Both the position numbers and the translations under genes were made by a program. This document shows, piece after piece, positions 40,608 to 47,487 of a stretch of DNA of 47,487 bases. The stretch covers positions 1 to 47,487 of the forward strand of contig JBNAVT010000017.1 in assembly GCA_049700215.1 (NCBI GenBank), read 5' to 3'. Each line of letters begins with the position of its first letter. Position 1 is the first letter of the stretch. Origin of the DNA: Thermoproteota archaeon. Lineage in GTDB: Archaea; Thermoproteota; EX4484-205; JAAOZP01. The notes beneath the pieces are model-generated. The model saw nothing but the letters and a program-made list of their open reading frames with translations, had not been told where the DNA came from and searched no databases.

Positions 40608-41729
40608 ATGAGGAGCACCCTAGCTTTTTCGAAGAAATGCCTTATAGGCGGTTTATTGGTTGGAATAATAATCGGATATGCGGTGGGCATCGTGATTAAA
40701 GAAAGAGAAGTGGATGAGCTGCAACAACAGGTTTCAAGGCTTAGTGCTCAAATAGAACAGTTAGGGGGGGCGGTGCAGCCTTTAAGAGTGCTAGCCGAGA
40801 GACACGGTATTTATATTGGTGCAGCAGTGGGTGCTGACCAGCTTAGAATTAAGGAGTACGCTGAGACGCTTAGCAGGGAATTCAACATTTTAACTACGGA
40901 AAACGCCTTAAAATTTGAAAGGGTTCATCCTGAGCGTAACGTCTATTCTTTCGCAGAAGCTGATGCAATCATCAGTTTTGCAGAGGCAAACGGTATGAAG
41001 GTTCGTGGGCACACGCTCGTCTGGCATAATCAGCTGCCTGAATGGATTACGCGTGGAAACTATAGCCGTGAGGAATGGATAAGTATCCTGCACGACCATA
41101 TTACCACGGTTGTTAGCCGTTATAGAGGAAGGGTTTACGCGTGGGACGTGATTAACGAGGCAGTTGACGACGACGGGTCTTTGAGAGAAACTATTTGGCT
41201 GCGAAACATAGGGCCGGAGTACATTGAGCTGGCTTTCAGATGGGCGCATGAAGCAGACCCGGAGGCGCTCCTCTTCTACAACGATTACGGCGCTGAAGGC
41301 ATGGGTGTGAAGTCGGATGCTGTTTACAATCTTGTTAAAACCCTCTTGGAGAAAGGTGTGCCAATACACGGCGTCGGTCTACAGATGCATGTAAGTACAG
41401 AATACTATCCGGCGCCGCAAGAAGTTGCAGCCAACATTAAACGCCTAGGCGACTTAGGCTTGGAGATTCACATCACCGAAATTGATGTCCGTATAAGGCT
41501 GCCCGCAGATTCTAAAAGCCTAATTAGGCAGGCGGAAATATACCGCGACATGCTTGAGGTCTGTCTTTCCTCCGAGAAATGCACAGCCTTCGTGATGTGG
41601 GGCTTCACGGATCGCTACTCCTGGATCCCCGGGTTTTTCAGCGGGTATGGTTCAGCCCTAATCTTCGACGAGCACTATAATCCTAAGCCAGCATACTACT
41701 ACATTCTCAGAATCCTGATGGAGCCTTAA
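40608..41729 (+). CDS. Endo-1,4-beta-xylanase (GH10) with N-terminal membrane anchor and coiled-coil linker
   Basis: ENALK, RGHTLVWH.Q.P, WDVINEA, FYNDY, GLQMH, ITEIDV, WG.TD.YSW. Confidence 0.93.
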   Translation: MRSTLAFSKKCLIGGLLVGIIIGYAVGIVIKEREVDELQQQVSRLSAQIEQLGGAVQPLRVLAERHGIYIGAAVGADQLRIKEYAETLSREFNILTTENALKFERVHPERNVYSFAEADAIISFAEANGMKVRGHTLVWHNQLPEWITRGNYSREEWISILHDHITTVVSRYRGRVYAWDVINEAVDDDGSLRETIWLRNIGPEYIELAFRWAHEADPEALLFYNDYGAEGMGVKSDAVYNLVKTLLEKGVPIHGVGLQMHVSTEYYPAPQEVAANIKRLGDLGLEIHITEIDVRIRLPADSKSLIRQAEIYRDMLEVCLSSEKCTAFVMWGFTDRYSWIPGFFSGYGSALIFDEHYNPKPAYYYILRILMEP

Positions 41730-41802
41730 ACCAGTCTGAGCCTTTACAGGCAGCACCGCGTGCTATAAGCCTGGCTTATCGTATTGCCGGCATGCTTCAC
41801 GG

Positions 41803-42198
41803 CTACGTGTAGCTGCGTCTCTTAAAGAAGAGGTAGATGATTGATATTGCCGGCACGATGAAGCCGATGGCAGCTGTGAATTGAACAGTCAACCCCCACA
41901 TGTCGAAGACTATGGTTGCAACACTGACGAGAAGCGTTGCCGGGAGTCCCCATCTCCTCCTTCCAAAAAGGCCGATGGCCGCGATAAGCCCCAATACCCC
42001 TAAGAGTAGAAACATGACGAACATTACGAGGGATGTTTCGTAAGATACGGGCACATCTAGAAACCGGCCCATCCCCCCGGGAGTTCCGAGAATAGCGAAG
42101 TAAAGCCTTCCGACGGATTGAACAAGCCATAGAAAACCTATTAGGGAAACCCCTTTCGCTTCAGAAGCCTTCGCGCTTGAACCCGGCATGCTTACCAC
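41803..42198 (-). CDS. Small membrane protein
   Basis: Four hydrophobic segments; overlaps the flavodoxin stop. Confidence 0.6.
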   Translation of the reverse strand: MVSMPGSSAKASEAKGVSLIGFLWLVQSVGRLYFAILGTPGGMGRFLDVPVSYETSLVMFVMFLLLGVLGLIAAIGLFGRRRWGLPATLLVSVATIVFDMWGLTVQFTAAIGFIVPAISIIYLFFKRRSYT

Positions 42199-42656
42199 GC
42201 TCCCGATTTAAGCTGAGCCGCTATCCTCCTTACAAACTCCCTGCACTGGGGAAGCTCACCCCCTGCAACAGGGCCCTTCATACCCTGAACCCTTACAGAT
42301 AACCCGCTGGCAACCAGTCTCAACCCAGGAGCCTTCTCGCCCATCTGCATCTCCATCTTCCCAACAGCCTTCCCAAAGTCTCCCCCCATGTAAGTGTCGA
42401 AAACAGCGAACGCCTTACCCTGTAGTCCCAACCCATTAAGCTTGTCAACGAGGCTCCTGATGCTTCTCGTCGGGCCGCCCAGATGGTTAGGAGAGCCGAT
42501 TAAAACCGCATCATACTCAGCAACCCTATTCAAGTCGACCCGGCTAACCTCGCTGACGAAGGCATCAACCCCCTCCTCCCCGAATCCCTCTGCAATAGTT
42601 TCAGCCACAGTCCGGGTGTTCCCATGTTTCGACTCATAAATTACAACTACTTTCAA
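42192..42656 (-). CDS. Flavodoxin domain protein
   Basis: IYESKHGNT..VAE.IA, IGSP.H, FDTY. Confidence 0.85.
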   Translation of the reverse strand: MKVVVIYESKHGNTRTVAETIAEGFGEEGVDAFVSEVSRVDLNRVAEYDAVLIGSPNHLGGPTRSIRSLVDKLNGLGLQGKAFAVFDTYMGGDFGKAVGKMEMQMGEKAPGLRLVASGLSVRVQGMKGPVAGGELPQCREFVRRIAAQLKSGAW

Positions 42657-42843
42657 CTCAGTAACACGACCCGCTGATACTCTTCCACCATAATACTTAA
42701 GCTTTTTAGAAAGTCGACTCTGATGTGAAGCAAAGCCGTTCAGACACGCGCAGAGTATTTAAAAACAACATGCGGTTCCGTTGAAGAACGTGCTTACGTT
42801 CAGGAAAGAAAACCCTCACGGTATAAGTTTAATTTTAGACAAG

Positions 42844-42945
42844 TGCGGAGGGTGGGATTTGAACCCACGAACCCCTTCGGGACGAGGTCCTAAGCCTCGC
42901 GCCTTTAACCAGGCTTTGCCGCCGCTTTGCTTTGGCGACCTCCGC
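42844..42945 (-). tRNA. tRNA-Leu(TAG) with about 17-nt non-canonical insertion in the D-arm
   Basis: GCGGAGG/CCTCCGC-A acceptor, CGAGG-CTTAGGA-CCTCG, long variable arm, GTGGG-TTCAAAT-CCCAC; 102 nt versus about 85 expected; TATA-like element near 42972-42978. Confidence 0.92.
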
Positions 42946-43038
42946 TTAGTTAGATTTCCGTCGGGTTTCTGGATATAAGTGTTTTCAACACTGTTTTTCC
43001 GCAAGTTTTAATTCCCATAGGCTGTATCTTTAGACGGG

Positions 43039-44028
43039 ATGAGGAGCATATTCTTCAGAAATGGGGTGGTTTACGCGCTTGATTCCTCAAAACTGCCTTA
43101 CAGGGAGAGTTGGCTTAGGCTTACGAGCGCTCGTCAAGTGGCTTCTGCGATAAGAAAGATGCAGATCAGGGGGGCTCCTTTAATCGGGGTTGCTGCAGCC
43201 TACGGGCTTGCACTGGAGGCTCTACGGTATGAGGGGAGTGATGTTGAGAAGCTGAGGAACAAGCTATTGAAGGCCTCGGAGGAGCTTAGGCTCACTAGAC
43301 CGACTGGAAGAAACTTGGGCTGGGCGATTGAAAGATGCCTGAGGAGGGTTGAGGAAGCTAAGACGGTGAAGGATTTGAAGAAAAGGCTTCTCGAGGAGGC
43401 CGGCAGGATTGCTGACGAGGATGTTGAGACCAATCTTAGGATTGCTAGAAACGGTTTAGAATTGGTCAGGGATGGTGACAGGATTCTTACGCATTGCAAC
43501 ACTGGTGGCCTAGGTACTGTAGAGTATGGCACTGCTCTTGGAATAATAAGGCTAGCATGGGAAAAGGGAAGGAGGATTTCAGTACTGGCTACTGAAACCA
43601 GGCCGCTGCTTCAGGGCGCGAGGCTCACTGCTTGGGAGCTTAAGAAATACGGGGTCCCGTTTAAGCTTATCTGCGACTCCGCGGCGGGGCACGCCATGTC
43701 TAGAGGCATGGTTGACAAGGTTCTCGTGGGTGCTGACAGGGTTCTCGCAACCGGGCATGTTGCGAACAAGATTGGAACCCTGACGCTGGCGGTGTTAGCG
43801 AGGCACTACGGCGTGCCTTTCTACGTTGCAGCACCCTTATCAACCTTCGACCTCAAGACTAAGCCTGGGGATATTCCTATTGAGGAGAGAGAACCTGCAG
43901 AGGTCACCCATTTTCTCGGCAAGCTTATCACTGTGGAGGGGGTTGAGGTTATGAACCCTGCGTTCGACATCACGCCTCCTGAACTGGTCTCGGGGATAAT
44001 AACTGAGAAGGGTATAATACAAGTATAA
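43039..44028 (+). CDS. mtnA: S-methyl-5-thioribose-1-phosphate isomerase
   Basis: IRGAP.IG, TRPT..NL, LTHCNTG.L, ETRPLLQGARLTAWEL, GADR, NKIGT, IEER, NPAFDITP. Confidence 0.93.
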   Translation: MRSIFFRNGVVYALDSSKLPYRESWLRLTSARQVASAIRKMQIRGAPLIGVAAAYGLALEALRYEGSDVEKLRNKLLKASEELRLTRPTGRNLGWAIERCLRRVEEAKTVKDLKKRLLEEAGRIADEDVETNLRIARNGLELVRDGDRILTHCNTGGLGTVEYGTALGIIRLAWEKGRRISVLATETRPLLQGARLTAWELKKYGVPFKLICDSAAGHAMSRGMVDKVLVGADRVLATGHVANKIGTLTLAVLARHYGVPFYVAAPLSTFDLKTKPGDIPIEEREPAEVTHFLGKLITVEGVEVMNPAFDITPPELVSGIITEKGIIQV

Positions 44029-44482
44029 TACAACCGCCTTATAGTGAGAATACTCGAGTTTCATAAACACTAGTGCATGCTAATGGAAACGAAGATGAAC
44101 AACATATCCACTCTACGGCACTAAGCCATTCAAAGTCTTTATATTTTAAGGCAAAGTATTAGCTTCTATGTTGTTTAAAGTTATATGTTACTGCTAACTT
44201 CTTAGTTATGGTAAATGGTTGAGGAAGAATCAGAAACTTCAAGAGAGCCGCCTATTCACTCTAACATATTTTTTCTAAGAGGTAAATATAAATTCTATAA
44301 ATTCTGCAATTCTGTTGTTGTATATGGGATTGAACAAATTCCAAGGGATGATAAGCATTTTAGCACGTACATACGCAATTAATATCAGCCATCCGGTTCA
44401 ACCGACTCGACACTGAATTTTATTATTATTATTATAAAAAAGTTTTTAAGCCACTTTTTCTTTTACAGAGGGGCAGTAAAAA

Positions 44483-44917
44483 TTGGAAAAGATTAAAAAA
44501 CATTTAGCGCGCGCGCTTTTGCAGCTTTTACTCCTCCTTATTATTGCTCCAATAGTTCTGTGTCTCGCGCTAGAAGATTATGATTATGATTGGGATCCTA
44601 AATGGCTCGGGTTCACTGCTGTATATTCAGAGGTACGGGGTCTTTACAATCCGGGTGGCCTATACTATGCTACGTATCATAGAATTGGTTTTGGAGATTG
44701 CATCGACACGCATTGGGCCCTTGAAGGATATGAGTTATGGAATTCTTACTGGGTAAGAGCGTATGGAGATGGGAGCTGGAGTTTCTTCGGATTCTATGTG
44801 ATTAGGAGAACTTATTATATACAAAATATCGTGTACGCTTACTCTACAGGGACGGCATCCGCCTATTACGGAGACTTGTTTACATTTGCAGACATTGGCC
44901 CTCCAGGTAATACCTGA
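44483..44917 (+). CDS. Putative secreted Tyr/Gly/Trp-rich hypothetical protein
   Basis: Basic N-terminus plus hydrophobic signal, then an aromatic-rich mature region. Confidence 0.55.
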   Translation: MEKIKKHLARALLQLLLLLIIAPIVLCLALEDYDYDWDPKWLGFTAVYSEVRGLYNPGGLYYATYHRIGFGDCIDTHWALEGYELWNSYWVRAYGDGSWSFFGFYVIRRTYYIQNIVYAYSTGTASAYYGDLFTFADIGPPGNT

Positions 44918-44931
44918 GGGATGACCGGATT

Positions 44932-45867
44932 ATGAAGATTTCTAGGAACATGGGGAAAACTTCTATGTTGGCAATGATAGTGCTAGCCCTAATAGTCCTC
45001 TTTTTCATATTGCTCATGATTCCCATTCTAAAAGCATCTGAAAGTTCATGGAGTACGAGAAACTTGAGGAGACTGGTATTAAAATACGATCTTCATGTCG
45101 TTTGCGTTGAATATGAGCCTGGGAATGATTTGTTGTTTAGCAATCCTAACGCAACTCTGACCATAGAGCTTATAAAAACTGGGGACAGGTATAGTGTGAA
45201 CTTTACAGTTAACGTTAAGGGGCTTGGACTATCTAGCAAGGATTTCGCTGAGAATAAAAGCAGTACGTATAAGGAATCAGTATTTAGAAGATGCGCTATC
45301 TTCGAATATGATGCGGCCACTGAAAAGTTCTACTGGCAGGGGAAGGATGTTGGGGTTTTGCTTCCGCTCTTCCAGCCCTTGGAAGACAGGATCATCCTTT
45401 TCAACGCTGAGTTCATCCCGCTGGGAACTCTTGAGCCGAAGATAAGCAGCTATCCACCACCATCTCCAGTATGGGCATCCAAAACCTTCACAACACTAGT
45501 CTATCTTAAGGAGGGCAAGGTATACATTCCAGAGCTCAACCGCACATGGTGGATAAGTGGACTTAATGTTAAGCCTCCGATATGGAGCTTATATGAAGAA
45601 ATATCAAGGATTTCTGGAAACGATGTGCTGGAGATAATACACTATGGTAACAATACTATATGGAGCATGCCCAGCGTATCAATAGAAAGAAACACTGGAC
45701 TCATAATGAGCATAAGAATGCCTGGGCCTACCAGGACATCGAACAATACTAGAATTACAGTAAATGATAAGCCAGTGAGCGAGCTCCCCGTAGCATTATT
45801 GCCATACTTGCTCGGACTAAGAGACGATATCCACCTGTATCTGAGAAGCATAGAAGCGTACGATTAG
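44932..45867 (+). CDS. Hypothetical exported or membrane-anchored protein
   Basis: 311 aa, N-terminal TM, beta-rich, several N-x-S/T sequons. Confidence 0.65.
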   Translation: MKISRNMGKTSMLAMIVLALIVLFFILLMIPILKASESSWSTRNLRRLVLKYDLHVVCVEYEPGNDLLFSNPNATLTIELIKTGDRYSVNFTVNVKGLGLSSKDFAENKSSTYKESVFRRCAIFEYDAATEKFYWQGKDVGVLLPLFQPLEDRIILFNAEFIPLGTLEPKISSYPPPSPVWASKTFTTLVYLKEGKVYIPELNRTWWISGLNVKPPIWSLYEEISRISGNDVLEIIHYGNNTIWSMPSVSIERNTGLIMSIRMPGPTRTSNNTRITVNDKPVSELPVALLPYLLGLRDDIHLYLRSIEAYD

Positions 45868-45953
45868 GTTTCATCCTGGCGCGCTAAGGAGTGATCTAGC
45901 CGCCGTACGAAACTAGCTTCTTAAAGCTTTCTCGGAGAAGGGTAGCTAGCCGC

Positions 45954-47471
45954 CTATTCTTGCACTGCGAGAAGCTGGAAAAGGGGCTTGAGATGACGGT
46001 AGAGGGAAACGTAGAGGCGGTACTGTTTATCATAGAGTTTAGAAGCCCAGGAACCTGGGGGTGACGAATCGCCGTATCTAACCGTCTCGGCACAAGCTTG
46101 GTTCAAGTCCCTCCATAAGCCGCAGGCAATCCCGGCTAGCAGACAGGATCCGAAGGAAACATCGTTCAGCTGAGTAGCGCTAACAACGGTTTCTGAGAGA
46201 ACACTGGCCAGTATCTCTCTCCAGAGCCTGCTCCGTGAGCCTCCTCCTCTGAAAATCAGCTTTTCAGGCTTCAGCCCGAGCCCTGTTAAAACCTCTTTAC
46301 AATCCCTGAAGGCGAATGCCACTCCTTCTAGGACAGCCCTAATCATATGCGTCTTATCGTGTGCAAGGCTAAGGCCGAAGAAGACCCCTCTTGCGGCAGG
46401 ATCGTTGTGGGGAGTCCTCTCCCCTATCAGGTAGGGCAGGAAGATAAGGCCGTTTGAACATGGAGGTGCCTTAGCAGCCTCCAGGGTTAAAACATCGTAA
46501 ACATCTATTCCACAGGTTTCTGAGAGGCGCTCCTCCCCGCTTCCAAGAGCGTCTCTAAACCATCTTAGAGATAGGCCTGCTGAAAGTATTGAGCCCTGAA
46601 CAACCCACGTGTCTGGAGCAGCGTGGCAAAAAGTATTCGTCCGACCCATCCTATCTACCACTGGCCTAACCGCCGGGCTTAGGACTTGGCCTCCAGTACC
46701 TATGTTCACCGACCAGACGCCTTCATGAATCACGCCGCAGCCAAGTGCCCCGACCATCGAGTCCCCACCGCCTGTTGCAACAATCGTCCCAGGCTTCAAG
46801 CCCAATTCCTCAGCAGCCCCCCTGGTGAGTTCTCCAGCAGCCTCGTGCGAACTCTTAATCTCTGGAAGAGCGTCTAGCCCTATTCCTACGGTAGACGCTA
46901 CCTCGTGAGACCATTGTCTCCTACGTATATCGAGAAGCAAGGATCCGGAAGCGTCGCTGAAATCCGTGTAGACAACATCCGTCAGCCTCATCCTAATATA
47001 ATCCTTTGGAAACAGCAGTGTTTTCACAGCCTCCGCAATCCTCGGCTCATTCTGCCTGACCCATAGGAAGCTTACAGCGGCGAAGCCCGTGGCCGCCCTA
47101 TTCCCAGATATTTCTATCAATGCTTCCACTCCAAGCTCATTCTCAATCTGCATGCGTTGACTCCTACTCCTGTTGTCAGACCATATTATCGCAGGTCTCA
47201 GAACCTCTCTGGAACCATTTAGAAGAACCATCCCGTGCATCTGGCCGGAGATGCAGATGCTTAAAACAGAGTCGCCACCGAACCCGGTTTTATTGAGAAG
47301 CTCGTTAACAGCCTCCTTAACGCTCATCCACCATACAGCAGGATCCTGCTCGCACCATCCTGGATAGGGCGACTCAATCGGGTATGGCCTGCTGGTGCTC
47401 AACAACACCGAGCCCTTGCTGTCAACCAGCATTGCCTTGACGCTGGATGTTCCAAGATCCAGCCCAAGCAT
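45954..47471 (-). CDS. xylB: Xylulokinase (FGGY family); start may lie just beyond the window
   Basis: GLDLGTSSVK, EQDP..WW, SGQMHG, W.D.R, PKDYI, D.SDASG, GGGD, FLPYL.GERTP, GGG.RS..W. Confidence 0.9.
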   Translation of the reverse strand: MLGLDLGTSSVKAMLVDSKGSVLLSTSRPYPIESPYPGWCEQDPAVWWMSVKEAVNELLNKTGFGGDSVLSICISGQMHGMVLLNGSREVLRPAIIWSDNRSRSQRMQIENELGVEALIEISGNRAATGFAAVSFLWVRQNEPRIAEAVKTLLFPKDYIRMRLTDVVYTDFSDASGSLLLDIRRRQWSHEVASTVGIGLDALPEIKSSHEAAGELTRGAAEELGLKPGTIVATGGGDSMVGALGCGVIHEGVWSVNIGTGGQVLSPAVRPVVDRMGRTNTFCHAAPDTWVVQGSILSAGLSLRWFRDALGSGEERLSETCGIDVYDVLTLEAAKAPPCSNGLIFLPYLIGERTPHNDPAARGVFFGLSLAHDKTHMIRAVLEGVAFAFRDCKEVLTGLGLKPEKLIFRGGGSRSRLWREILASVLSETVVSATQLNDVSFGSCLLAGIACGLWRDLNQACAETVRYGDSSPPGSWASKLYDKQYRLYVSLYRHLKPLFQLLAVQE

Positions 47472-47487
47472 AAGAGGAGGCTCTGCT

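Noticed and set aside
42781-43004. ORFs 42781-42978 (+) and 42816-43004 (-)
   Set aside because: Shadow translations of the tRNA-Leu gene
235-47367. Numerous short antisense or alternate-frame ORFs in the track
   Set aside because: They lie within well-supported genes and have no recognisable motifs
1-47487. CRISPR array, transposase, integrase, rRNA
   Set aside because: No regularly spaced repeats or matching motifs seen

Overview
Archaeal chromosomal window of the TACK/Thermoproteota type: archaeal radA, rps10, intein-bearing rtcB, intron-containing tRNAs and TATA/BRE promoters. The xylan/arabinan genes (GH10, GH51, xylB) plus an MtaA/URO-D-like protein would fit a Brockarchaeota- or Bathyarchaeia-like lineage, but this is inference only. 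Housekeeping and metabolic genes (mdh, pckG, mtnP, mtnA, dinB, bcp, GDPD, M20 peptidase) are mixed with hypothetical genes and many disrupted ORFs; some look truly decayed, others like homopolymer sequencing errors. The main signal missing from the ORF track is a near-consensus fluoride (crcB-class) riboswitch at 11815-11865. It has a plausible RBS-sequestering expression platform and lies upstream of a prenyltransferase/squalene-oxidase-repeat gene and an overlapping uncharacterised gene, with no fluoride exporter recognisable in the window. Also notable: a tRNA-Leu(TAG) with a ~17-nt D-arm insertion, a tRNA-Ala(GGC) with a canonical intron, a 499-aa LAGLIDADG intein in RtcB, a PriS-like gene overlapping radA, an operator-like triple repeat over the promoter of a wHTH/radical SAM operon, and an orphan PqqD-like cluster. 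No CRISPR array, rRNA or transposase was seen.
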